A stretch of DNA of 64,000 nt from Candidatus Doudnabacteria bacterium (GCA_016218585.1 JACRDK010000031.1:1764-65763); one strand, 5' to 3'. Shown: positions 37,676 through 46,698, counted from the first letter of the stretch. Program-made: numbers and translations. The notes: generated from the letters alone by a model not told the origin.

Positions 37676-40530
37676 TTATATAACAAAATAGAAAAATCTA
37701 TGGCGTCCACTTTACCGTCTCCGTTAATGTCAACTTTTGGATTGGCAAAAGGCGGCTTAGTTTTCCAATAATAAAGCAAAATAGAAAAATCCACTGCATC
37801 AACTCTGCCATCCTGATTAATATCTGCGGAAAAAATCTTACCTGTGTCTGGATTGGTAGAAGTGGCTGGTGCAGTATATCCTCCACCGCCGCCCCCACCA
37901 CCTCCGCCGGATGGCGGAGTAACAACTGGTTGAGAAGTCGCGGTAAAACTGCGTGAAGCGCCGGATGAATCGGAACCAAAGTAAACAACCAACTTAAAAT
38001 AATAATTCCCGGGGGTCGAAACAGTTGCGGTTAAAGACGTGTCCCAATTCTCTCCGGGCAAAATAAATTTAGCCGCCGAAGCATAAAACACATCATTGCC
38101 GCCGCCGCAGGAATTATTTACTTGGGAAACCACGCACCATTCATAGGTATATTCATAGCCGCTGCTGCCTTCGTTGGTTATGGTTATATTAGCGCTTATA
38201 TCCGGCGTTTGAGTCTGGTTAACCTCACGAATAATTACCTGAGCCGGCGCTCCTTTAACTTCCCAATAATCGGTATTTTCGCTAAACCTGCCATTCTCTA
38301 CTTGCGTGGACACAATTGTTTCCCATGCGCCTTGTGTTGCGCCGCTGGCAACACTATAAACGTACTCGTAAACACCAGTGCTTAAGCGGGTCATGGCCAC
38401 GGCTGAAACAACAACATTTCTGTCGGCATCATAGAGCGTAATTTGCGGCGCGGAATACGGATCGCTTGCGGAATTTGAATTATAAATATAATATTTTACC
38501 CGGTAAGATTTCCCGGTCATAATTGATCCGGTTTCCGACAAAGTTGTAATCCACGCGCCCTGCTGTCCGGTAATTATTCTGCTGCCGTTATTCCACACCG
38601 AACTAGCCACGGTTGAAGTTGATATTCCGGCCACCTGCGCCCCAACGCTTCCGGCTGTGGTAAGAGAAGAAGTCATTACATTCCACACGTCAGCGGCAGT
38701 AATATTGTTGCCGTAGTTTGTGAGTGTTCTGCTGCCATTGCTCCAAACAGCGCTGGCTAAAGAGGAGGTTGAATAATCGGACAACGTTCTGCTAGCCGAA
38801 AGCCAAACATCGGCCGCGGTCAAACTGGAGGTTCCTCGTGAAGAAATGGTTGCGTCTAAATTGTCGGCAATAGTTTTGCCAATGCTGCCGGAAGATGTAA
38901 GGCTGGACTTAGCCACATTCCAAATCGCTAAAGTAGAAGAAGCGGTCAAATCAACCGTGCCTCCCCCGGCGGAAGTTAAAGTCCTGGCACCGTAAGCCCA
39001 AACATCGCTTGCGGAAATATTATTTAAATTATTTATTAGAGTCCTGTTAGCTAAAACTTCGGTAATTATTGAAGATGTAGCATTGTTTACATCTGACTGA
39101 GTAGCTAATGACCCGCCGGAGGTTAATGTCTGGTCGGTTAGCCTCCTCGTGGATGCAAATGTATTATTCCAGACATCGGCAGCCAAAGAGCCAAAGGCGG
39201 TTAACGTGCGGGATCCGCTGGACCACACGGCCGTGGCAATATCCGAAACCAGCGTGCCAAATGATGTTAAAGTCCTTGAAGGAGACAGCCAAATCGCTGA
39301 AGCTATAGACGATGTTGCATAATCTGTTAACGTTCTGCTAGAAGACAACCACACGGCAGAAGCAACGGTTGATGTCGAGACTCCCGCCACTTGAGAACCT
39401 ACGCTCCCGGCGGTTGTAAGGGAAGAAGTTAAAACGTTCCATACATCCGCGGCGGTAATGTCATTTCCATAATTAGTTAACGTTCTGCTGCCCTGGTTCC
39501 AGACCGCAGCGGCAACAGACGAAGTAGCATAATCGGACAAGGTTCTGGAAGCAGACAGCCAAACATCGGCCGCGGTTAAATTAGACGTGCCTCGGGAAGA
39601 AATGTTTGCATTTAAGTTATCAACTAAATGTTTGCCTACTGAACCTAAAGTGGTCAGTGAAGAGCTGGCTACATTCCAAACCTGGCTAGGGTTAGACAAG
39701 GTTACATCTTTAGTGCCATAAGCCCAAACATCGCTTGCGGAAATATTATTTAAATTATTTATTAGAGTCCTGTTAGCTAAAACTTCGGCAACAATTGTAG
39801 ACGTTGCGTTGTCAACATCTGCTTTGGTAGCCAAAGAGCCGCCGCTCTCCAATGTTTGGTCTGTAAGTCTTCTGCTTGGAGCAAAAGTATTATTCCAAAC
39901 ATCGGCCGCTAAAGAGCCAAATGCCGTTAAAGTGCGGCTGCCGCTGGACCAAACGGCCGTTGTAATATCCGAAACCAGTGAACCGAAAGAAGTGAGGGTT
40001 CTTGAGGGAGACAGCCAAACTGCCGTGGCAATGGATGTGGTGCCATAATCAGTTAAACTTCGGGAATTAGAATTCCAAATATCCCCTGCCACCGATGTGG
40101 CGGAGGTCAGCGTTCTGTTGCTGCTATTCCAAACTGAATCGGCTATGGCTGAGTTGTCAACTGTGGTGCTGGAAGCAATTATAAAAGTTTTATTTTCTTT
40201 AATTAAATCTCCGTTAACCTGGCTGCCGCAAGAAATAAAAGTTGGCCAGGTTCCTAAAGTTGTGGAAGCGGTAAATGAATAATAATGCCAACCACTTGCG
40301 TCGCTGGACATTGTCGCAGCATTTATATCCACTGCTCCTGCAGGGGACATAACCGTAAGCGTACAAGGGGTAGTGGTCGGCTGCATATTGTCATCATACA
40401 CAAATTCGCCCAGGGTCACGGATGACCCAGGGGCAAATTGGTCATAAGCAGCCGCGGCTTTAAATGGTCCGGCGGCTGCAAATAACGCAAACAGAACACT
40501 AAAAATCAAAATTAGGCGACCTTGTTTCAT
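37657..40530 (-). CDS. 957-aa secreted repeat protein with C-terminal type-I dockerin pair and poly-Gly linker
   Basis: Signal peptide. About 20 repeats of a ~24-aa unit (…A.AVW.S.SRTLT.YG…). G10 linker. C-terminal DINQDGRVDAVDFSILLYYW…DINGDGKVDAIDFSILLYNW matches two dockerin Ca-binding segments. Confidence 0.8.
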   Translation of the reverse strand: MKQGRLILIFSVLFALFAAAGPFKAAAAYDQFAPGSSVTLGEFVYDDNMQPTTTPCTLTVMSPAGAVDINAATMSSDASGWHYYSFTASTTLGTWPTFISCGSQVNGDLIKENKTFIIASSTTVDNSAIADSVWNSSNRTLTSATSVAGDIWNSNSRSLTDYGTTSIATAVWLSPSRTLTSFGSLVSDITTAVWSSGSRTLTAFGSLAADVWNNTFAPSRRLTDQTLESGGSLATKADVDNATSTIVAEVLANRTLINNLNNISASDVWAYGTKDVTLSNPSQVWNVASSSLTTLGSVGKHLVDNLNANISSRGTSNLTAADVWLSASRTLSDYATSSVAAAVWNQGSRTLTNYGNDITAADVWNVLTSSLTTAGSVGSQVAGVSTSTVASAVWLSSSRTLTDYATSSIASAIWLSPSRTLTSFGTLVSDIATAVWSSGSRTLTAFGSLAADVWNNTFASTRRLTDQTLTSGGSLATQSDVNNATSSIITEVLANRTLINNLNNISASDVWAYGARTLTSAGGGTVDLTASSTLAIWNVAKSSLTSSGSIGKTIADNLDATISSRGTSSLTAADVWLSASRTLSDYSTSSLASAVWSNGSRTLTNYGNNITAADVWNVMTSSLTTAGSVGAQVAGISTSTVASSVWNNGSRIITGQQGAWITTLSETGSIMTGKSYRVKYYIYNSNSASDPYSAPQITLYDADRNVVVSAVAMTRLSTGVYEYVYSVASGATQGAWETIVSTQVENGRFSENTDYWEVKGAPAQVIIREVNQTQTPDISANITITNEGSSGYEYTYEWCVVSQVNNSCGGGNDVFYASAAKFILPGENWDTSLTATVSTPGNYYFKLVVYFGSDSSGASRSFTATSQPVVTPPSGGGGGGGGGGYTAPATSTNPDTGKIFSADINQDGRVDAVDFSILLYYWKTKPPFANPKVDINGDGKVDAIDFSILLYNWTAKK

Positions 40531-40586
40531 AAAACCTTAAATCACCGCGAGAACAGTACTTAAAAAATTTTTAAGACTAAATAACT

Positions 40587-40766
40587 CTATTTAACTTTTT
40601 TTACATCCGCTACTCCGGTGCTTGCGGATTCGTCCTTAAAAGCTCCGCGCAAATGGCGAATTGCTTCTACTAAGCTTTTCGCTAATTCCGGAATTTTTCT
40701 GGAACCAAACAATAATACAATTACCACGGCAATGATGATAATTTCTTTTGTGCCTAAATCAAACAT
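40587..40766 (-). CDS. tatA: Twin-arginine translocase subunit TatA/E (59 aa; not in supplied ORF track)
   Basis: Hand translation of the minus strand gives MFDLGTKEIIIIAVVIVLLFGSRKIPELAKSLVEAIRHLRGAFKDESASTGVADVKKVK*. TM helix + FG + amphipathic helix is the TatA hallmark. Overlaps the tatC stop by 8 nt. Confidence 0.75.
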   Translation of the reverse strand: MFDLGTKEIIIIAVVIVLLFGSRKIPELAKSLVEAIRHLRGAFKDESASTGVADVKKVK

Positions 40767-41496
40767 ATGCTTTTATACTTTCTTCAGGGCTTTTATATGC
40801 CCTGTTAATAATTAATATTACCTCGTACATAATTAGCAGAGGCAAGGTTAAAATAATTAACGACAAAACATCCGTTGGCGGAAGTAGGGAGACAAAAATA
40901 AAAATAATTACTATGGCGTGGCGTCGCTTCTCTCTTAAAAAGGCAACCGAGAGGACCCCAACCCTAATCAGAAAAGTCGCAACGAGCGGCAATTGAAACA
41001 AAATTCCCAAAAGGGCGCCGGTTAAGGACACTTGCGCAACAAACTTGCCAATGTCCCACATATTGGTAATTCCCAAATCGGTATTAATTTTTGCCAGCGA
41101 GCTTAAAGAAATATAAAGGGTAAAAAAACCGTATGCAAAACCCGAAACAAATAGTAACAGACCTACGGGTAAAAGTTTTAAAAATAACTTTTGTTCTCTG
41201 CTAGTTAAGGCGGACTTTAAAAAAGAATACACTTCATAAATCGCAAACGGCGCCAAAATTATTACTGCGCAAAAAAAACCTATATCCATTGCCAAGTCAA
41301 AATACTGAAACGGCGAAGTTGCGGCAATGGTCACGTTAGCCAACTTAAAAAAACGAATCATCTGGTTAATTATCATGCCGGCGGCAAAAAAACCAATGGC
41401 AAAAACAGCGACAAAACCAATAGCCAGCCGATAAGCTCGGCTGCGCAGATCTTCAAGATATAGTGAAAAATTATCCCATTCTGCTAGCATTTCCAT
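40759..41496 (-). CDS. tatC: Twin-arginine translocase subunit TatC
   Basis: Six-TM protein with TatC motifs (…RLAIGFVAVFAIGFF…, …LLPPTDV…). Confidence 0.85.
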   Translation of the reverse strand: MEMLAEWDNFSLYLEDLRSRAYRLAIGFVAVFAIGFFAAGMIINQMIRFFKLANVTIAATSPFQYFDLAMDIGFFCAVIILAPFAIYEVYSFLKSALTSREQKLFLKLLPVGLLLFVSGFAYGFFTLYISLSSLAKINTDLGITNMWDIGKFVAQVSLTGALLGILFQLPLVATFLIRVGVLSVAFLREKRRHAIVIIFIFVSLLPPTDVLSLIILTLPLLIMYEVILIINRAYKSPEESIKAYV

Positions 41497-42409
41497 TTTT
41501 GTTCTTTAATTTACTTCGGGTTTTTAAACTCAAAACTTCCGGGGTACTGCTGGAAGTTCCCGGATCAACACTTTCCGGAGTGGAAGAGGCACTGGTCGGA
41601 TTTTCAATTGTTGGCGGAGTGGAACTTGCCGCAGGTTCATTTGTTATATTTTCCGCCGGAGTGGAACTCGCATTTTCGGTTGGACTTGCAGTTGTTTCTG
41701 GCAGGGTTTCGGGAGTGCTGGAGCTCTGCGTTGCTGCAGAATTTTCTACTGTTGGAACAGGCGCAGGAACAGGTTCTTTTTGCGCTGAATTTATTCGGTG
41801 TTTATTTAACCAATCCGCCACTGCATTAACGCCTTCTGCCCAGGAACTGTAAGTTCTGGTGGAGGAACCGGTATTGCCAACATTGCCGGGATTAAAAGTG
41901 TTTACGGCTACTCCGGCAGTTCCAAACCGCGAGTCCAGCTCTATTATAGCCATCATCAATCTAACATCCACAGAATATTTTTGCGCCGAGTTTAAAAACA
42001 TTTCACCGGTAAGCGGGCTGCTTATGGCCTCGCTGTCTATGTAGGCATTAATTGCTTCCTGCGTGTCCATACTGCCAATATAATGCAAAATGTCGGCAAT
42101 TTTTTGCTCGTGTAATGGGTCTGACGCGTAAGTGCTAATATCATAATTATTCAAACAGTCAGTGGAGCCGTTTGAGACAACAACAGGTTGGATAGTCATC
42201 GCCTCTACTAGAGTGCTGTTAGTGGCAGCAGCGGCCTGCGCCGCGGTTTGCAATAAATTCAGTTTGGACAAAGTATCCTGCACGCCCATTACTTCCGCGT
42301 CTAAAGTATTTATTCTTTCCAAATCGCCCGCGTTAAAAGCCTGGTCTTTGGCCAGAAGCAAAGCCTGCAAACGATTCTGCAACAATTGTATTAAGTATTC
42401 AACGTTCAT
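41471..42409 (-). CDS. GH73-like N-acetylglucosaminidase-domain protein (FlgJ/LytD-type) with N-terminal coiled coil and C-terminal S/T/P-rich tail
   Basis: LMMAIIELDSRFGTAG…NPGNVGNTGS…YSSWAEGVNAVADWL parallels the glucosaminidase consensus (AQAALESGWG…NLFGIK…YSS..eAl.DY..LL). No signal peptide. Confidence 0.55.
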   Translation of the reverse strand: MNVEYLIQLLQNRLQALLLAKDQAFNAGDLERINTLDAEVMGVQDTLSKLNLLQTAAQAAAATNSTLVEAMTIQPVVVSNGSTDCLNNYDISTYASDPLHEQKIADILHYIGSMDTQEAINAYIDSEAISSPLTGEMFLNSAQKYSVDVRLMMAIIELDSRFGTAGVAVNTFNPGNVGNTGSSTRTYSSWAEGVNAVADWLNKHRINSAQKEPVPAPVPTVENSAATQSSSTPETLPETTASPTENASSTPAENITNEPAASSTPPTIENPTSASSTPESVDPGTSSSTPEVLSLKTRSKLKNKNGNASRMG

Positions 42410-42415
42410 AAATTT

Positions 42416-45235
42416 TTAGAAAATTATAGTCCGCCACATTTCCGCGCCGGTATGGCGCATAATGTACAAATAATCCAAGCCGTCTGCCGTGGTAATTATT
42501 TCCATGCGATTGCCAATAATGGCCGTGCTCATACCGTAAGGCACCATACCAAAGGTGGATATGGTATTGGTAGTTACATCGTAAGCAAAAATTCTTCCTG
42601 TTGCGTCTTTGGTAAAATAAACCGTATTAATGCCGTCATAAGCGTACATAGAACCGGTGGTCAAAGTTTCCGTTTGCGGTGAAAGCATATTGCCATAATC
42701 AAACTTTTCAAAAATCACATCGTACCTGTCCGCGGTGTTAGACGCACCACCTCTTGGCAGAACCATATAGCGCCCATTGGATGCGCCCCCAAACAGCCAG
42801 ACCAATTGCATGCCAGCGCCTCTGGCTGGAATACCCAAAATTGTATAAACCGTGGTAGTGTCCGGCGCCAAACCGGTAACGGCGCCAAAAGTCAAAACCG
42901 TTGCGGTATTTGAAGTAATTAAAATTTCCTGGCCTTGGCCTGCTCCGGCAATAATTTTTAATCTTTTACCGGCCCATTGGTTTGTTGCCCAGGCCTTGTC
43001 AGCGCAAGTGAGCGTGGTGGTAGAACCCGCCCCGGTACAAGTTCCAAAAGAATCCTGAATGGAATAATGAGTTGTTGAATCAGGCGTAAAACTTTGGGTG
43101 GAATAAGTTAAGGTTGTGGCAGTGTTGGAAATGATCGTAACTTCCGTGTCTCTGCCGGTGCCGGACATAATTCTAAATTTATAAGCAGCCCATTGGTTAG
43201 TTATCCAATTTTTGCTTGAGTCCACCAAAGTGGTCGTGCTTCCGCCTGAAGCATGGCCTTCCTGTCCTCTGTCAAACCTTTTTACCTGGTCATCACGCCC
43301 AAAAGCCGCGGTGTCGGTAATAACATAACGGCCGGTGCCGTTAACCGGAGCCGTTGTAATAGTGGCAAAAGTTAAAGTTGTTGCCGTGTTTGCGGTAATT
43401 CTTCTGGCGAGCATTGCGCCGGTAACGCCAACCAAATGCGTCTGAACAATTTTTCCTACGTGCTCATTAACAGTCCAATTTTTTGTTGAGTCTACAAGCT
43501 GGGTGGCAGACTGAGAATTTGCCGCGGTCATATTAGAGGCAGCCGAGGTCGCAATATCAAAAGCCGTGAGCGCGTCGCAACCAATTATAGTAGCAGAGCC
43601 GGCATAGTTTGCATCGCCTGACAAAGTTACTGAATCGCCAATTTTAAAATAATGGTTTATGGCTGTGGTCACATAACAAACTACCCCGGTTGAGGTAATC
43701 TCAATAGTGCAGCCGCTGCCTGTGCCTCCGGTCGTTGCCTTTCCCGTGCCGGTAGTATAAGTGGCTCCGGCACGCAATAAAGAAACTGTTTCGACAAGCC
43801 CGCCTGGAGATGTTGTTTCAACAATTACTTTTCCGTTAGTGCCGCCAGTGCTAATAGTTAAAATATCACCCACCAGATAGTTTGTGCCTTTAGCTGTTGG
43901 TACGGCATTTACACCTGTAATTCCTCCTGTGTTTCTTACGCCGCTGGTAATAGCTATGAGCGACTGCTCCAAACCGGCCAGGGTGGCGGCCATGTTACAG
44001 GCAATTCCGTCTTCGTATTTTGCGGCAAAAATTGGCAGGTCAGAGTCTACGTCGTACTGATACATGGCCGACGCAGCACCGCCTGCAATATAATATTTGT
44101 CTTTATCCGCCAAAATTTCATAAACGCTGGTATTGTCCGGGGCAATATCAAATTTTCTGGCAACTTCAAAATAATTTGTTCCGGAACAAATTATTCTTCT
44201 GGCTTGTCCAATGCCTGTTCCATCTGTTATTCTAATTCGATAATTACGATATTGGTCAACAGTTAAAGTTTGCGTGCTGTCAGTTAACCGATAACTTGTC
44301 CCCGCTGAAGCCGTGCCCGTTAAAAACACCCCGCCTATTTCCCCTGTTCTTTCTATGGTCACGTCAGTCCCCAAAGCAGCAAGCAGCATATTTTGGGAGC
44401 AAGTTTTGGTATTCCAATAATCTCCGGCAACATCGTAATACTGCAAAGTGTAAAATGGGGTTGCGGCGGCCGAGGAAATTAAAACAATACCGCCTGATTC
44501 AATATTGAATCTGGAAGTATAGTCCGGCGCGGTTGTCCAGTTGCTGTCTACTGTAATATCGGAGGCTTCAATAATAAAATGAGTTTGCGAACCGGCGGTA
44601 GTTATTGGAGCTGTGGCAAAACCGGTATTATTCCACGGGTCTAAAGCTTGATGGTTAGTATCGGCAAAATACAGTGTGGTTGCATCGTTGTAAACAATTT
44701 TTCTTAGTTGAGTTTGCCCTGTAGAAAATGACAGCCTACACTGATATCCTGCCCACTGATTAAATTTCCATTTCTTGGTGGAATCGCCAATAGTTGTAGC
44801 GGAAGCCGTTGTAGCTAAACCCTGTTCGTAATTTACCGACTCAGTCATCGCTGTAATAGTTCTTATTTGGCCCGTACCAGCGCCGGCATAAATTTTTATT
44901 CTTTTATTTATAAAAAGTCTGCCATTCATCCCGGCAATTCTTAAAGTATTAACTGCCGGGGCGGAAATTACCCTGCCCCTGTTGCCCCCATATTTAGCAA
45001 AACGCATTGAAGCCACGCCGGAAACTGCCGTAGGTGGAGAGGCTAATTGTTGCCAAGCATCATACCAAGTGTCATAACGGTAAAAAGTAGCTCCGGTCAG
45101 GTAATACATAAACCTATCCAGGCCGTCTTCTTGAGTCGTTAAACAGGCCGCGGCGGCAGTGTTAGTCGGGGCAAACCGACACCATTCCCATACCGGCAAA
45201 TCTACTTGTTTTTTTAATTTGTTTGTAAAAGACAT
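42416..45235 (-). CDS. 939-aa repeat protein (Thr/Gly-rich, recurrent ~45-aa module D-S-T-K-x-W-x-x-N-Q-W-A-G…I-T-S-N-T-A-T-T-L-T-F); fibre/beta-helix-like, function unknown
   Basis: At least 5 copies of the module (e.g. LVDSSKNWITNQWAAYKFRIMSGTGRDTEVTIISNTATTLTY). No signal peptide seen. Confidence 0.55.
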   Translation of the reverse strand: MSFTNKLKKQVDLPVWEWCRFAPTNTAAAACLTTQEDGLDRFMYYLTGATFYRYDTWYDAWQQLASPPTAVSGVASMRFAKYGGNRGRVISAPAVNTLRIAGMNGRLFINKRIKIYAGAGTGQIRTITAMTESVNYEQGLATTASATTIGDSTKKWKFNQWAGYQCRLSFSTGQTQLRKIVYNDATTLYFADTNHQALDPWNNTGFATAPITTAGSQTHFIIEASDITVDSNWTTAPDYTSRFNIESGGIVLISSAAATPFYTLQYYDVAGDYWNTKTCSQNMLLAALGTDVTIERTGEIGGVFLTGTASAGTSYRLTDSTQTLTVDQYRNYRIRITDGTGIGQARRIICSGTNYFEVARKFDIAPDNTSVYEILADKDKYYIAGGAASAMYQYDVDSDLPIFAAKYEDGIACNMAATLAGLEQSLIAITSGVRNTGGITGVNAVPTAKGTNYLVGDILTISTGGTNGKVIVETTSPGGLVETVSLLRAGATYTTGTGKATTGGTGSGCTIEITSTGVVCYVTTAINHYFKIGDSVTLSGDANYAGSATIIGCDALTAFDIATSAASNMTAANSQSATQLVDSTKNWTVNEHVGKIVQTHLVGVTGAMLARRITANTATTLTFATITTAPVNGTGRYVITDTAAFGRDDQVKRFDRGQEGHASGGSTTTLVDSSKNWITNQWAAYKFRIMSGTGRDTEVTIISNTATTLTYSTQSFTPDSTTHYSIQDSFGTCTGAGSTTTLTCADKAWATNQWAGKRLKIIAGAGQGQEILITSNTATVLTFGAVTGLAPDTTTVYTILGIPARGAGMQLVWLFGGASNGRYMVLPRGGASNTADRYDVIFEKFDYGNMLSPQTETLTTGSMYAYDGINTVYFTKDATGRIFAYDVTTNTISTFGMVPYGMSTAIIGNRMEIITTADGLDYLYIMRHTGAEMWRTIIF

Positions 45236-45236
45236 A

Positions 45237-45983
45237 TTATGACCAAATTAAATTATTTCTCACTCCGTTGGCGTAAGCATTTCTTGCGGTATCAATATGC
45301 AAATATCTTCCGTCAACTCCGCCCAAAGCTACCAGGTTGGTGGCGGAAGTAACCGTAGAAACAGTTCCTACTGTGGTAACCGTGCTTAAAGTTAAAGAAC
45401 CGGTAATTGAATCTATGGTTATTTTTTGCCTTTGTGCAGAGTCTACCACGCCCAAAGAATCCACCTGCCTAATAATTCTTCTCAGCAAAATTGTACTGTC
45501 TTCTGTTGCCGGATTAATTTGCGTAGCCGTAGTGTCATTTACCGTAACCGCGCTGCCTGCCCCGGAAGAAGCGGTTAATAATTTTCCACTGCCGTCAAAT
45601 GTGAATTTATCGGAATTTGCTTTTACCGCCAATAAGGTTGTTTCTGATGCTCTAGTGGCCAAAGTTGCCTCCGAAGCTTTGGCTGCGAGAGTTGTTTCTG
45701 TGGCAGGGTCAATCCTCAAATTTGTCGAATCTTTTATCCCAACAACTCCGGCGGAAGGAGTGCCGCCCATAACCAAAGCCTCAGCTTTTTTTGGCATTAA
45801 AGCTGACATAATTAAACCGGCGCCGCCAATTCCGGCCATGCGCAAAAACATTCTCTTTTTCGCATCTGCCACTTGCCCTTCTGCTTTAACAGGTTCATTT
45901 AGCCCATGCACGACCGGCAGCGCTGTTGTGCTGACAATCTTTGGCGGCGGCGATAAATATTTGTAATGCAAGTTTTGTTTCAA
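45237..45983 (-). CDS. Hypothetical exported protein with KR-type Tat-like/Sec signal and ETTL-type repeats
   Basis: …KKRMFLRMAGIGGAGLIMSALMPKKAEA|LV resembles a signal peptide with an AxA cleavage site. Repeated TETTLAAKASEATLATRASETTLLAVKA. True start may be the internal M at 45851. Confidence 0.5.
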   Translation of the reverse strand: MKQNLHYKYLSPPPKIVSTTALPVVHGLNEPVKAEGQVADAKKRMFLRMAGIGGAGLIMSALMPKKAEALVMGGTPSAGVVGIKDSTNLRIDPATETTLAAKASEATLATRASETTLLAVKANSDKFTFDGSGKLLTASSGAGSAVTVNDTTATQINPATEDSTILLRRIIRQVDSLGVVDSAQRQKITIDSITGSLTLSTVTTVGTVSTVTSATNLVALGGVDGRYLHIDTARNAYANGVRNNLIWS

Positions 45984-45993
45984 GGCTTTATTT

Positions 45994-46398
45994 TTAAACT
46001 TTTAGCTGGTTGCTTTCAGAAAAGTAGATTGACCAAAAAAATATAACTACCGGCAAAAAAACATATAACCCATTCCTGTCTTGCGGCATACTCGCTTTTA
46101 AAAAACCGCCGACTATAATAATACTGCTAAAAATCAGTGAGTAATAAAATAACACGACTCTAAACTTAGATAACTTAATCCAAGCCAAGGACAAATCGCT
46201 TTTATTTCCTGAATTAAGTTTGCCTCTAAAGGCTAGCAGCCAGGTAAAAAACAAAATTGGCAAGAACATCAAAAATAACAGCATCGAAACCCTGGTCCTG
46301 GCGGCATACAAAGCGCCAATTGTCATAATCGAAATCAAGGCAACTGAAAAATACAGAAATAATTTGGAATTTTCAATATATTTAAATATTTGTTTCAT
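45994..46398 (-). CDS. Hypothetical 4-TM membrane protein
   Basis: Four hydrophobic helices. Start set at MKQIF. Confidence 0.45.
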   Translation of the reverse strand: MKQIFKYIENSKLFLYFSVALISIMTIGALYAARTRVSMLLFLMFLPILFFTWLLAFRGKLNSGNKSDLSLAWIKLSKFRVVLFYYSLIFSSIIIVGGFLKASMPQDRNGLYVFLPVVIFFWSIYFSESNQLKV

Positions 46399-46497
46399 CT
46401 TAAGCGCATTATGCAAAGAATAAGCATATCAAAAAAAATAAGCTCAAACTTTTTAAAGTCTGAGCTTCGAGAGCTTCTCTATATTATTAAATTGCAC

Positions 46498-46698
46498 TTA
46501 ATCAACTTCGGGGTCAGGAATTATGCCTTTTTTTATCAATACCGAGCGTTTTTTTATAATTTCCGCGTCCGGACCCTGGAAAAACTGAATCTCATGGCAT
46601 TTCCGGCACTTAACTTCCAACGCGTTTTCTTTGCTTGTCAAACAGCCCTTGCACAATAACTTCCCGCAGTTGCGACAGTGATATTCACGCAACTCCAT
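46498..46698 (-). CDS. Com-like zinc-finger protein (phage Mu Com translational-regulator family, tentative)
   Basis: CxxC…CxxC arrangement HCRNCGKLLCKGCL…EVKCRKCHEIQFF parallels Mu Com (RCxNCxKLL…CPRC). Confidence 0.45.
   Translation of the reverse strand: MELREYHCRNCGKLLCKGCLTSKENALEVKCRKCHEIQFFQGPDAEIIKKRSVLIKKGIIPDPEVD

Noticed and set aside
37878-37905. Homopolymeric phase-variation tract encoding the G10 linker
   Set aside because: At DNA level it is ccgccgcccccaccacctccgccgg, mixed GGN codons rather than a true homopolymer. Slippage potential is low.
38560-40020. Diversity-generating retroelement (TR/VR pair) as an explanation for the duplicated segment in the dockerin gene
   Set aside because: Both copies lie inside the coding region. 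Differences are not confined to adenine positions. No reverse-transcriptase ORF (YxDD motif) is present anywhere in the window.
41463-42419. Plus-strand ORFs opposite the GH73 gene (41463-41852, 41608-41829, 41859-42044, 42162-42419)
   Set aside because: Antisense to a gene with a recognisable catalytic motif. Low-complexity Ala/Gly/Val shadows.
45237-45983. Confident twin-arginine (RR) signal on the 248-aa protein
   Set aside because: The motif is KR (KKRMFLRM) rather than RR and sits ~40 aa from the annotated start. It may be a Sec signal from an internal Met, so it is reported only as Tat-like or uncertain.
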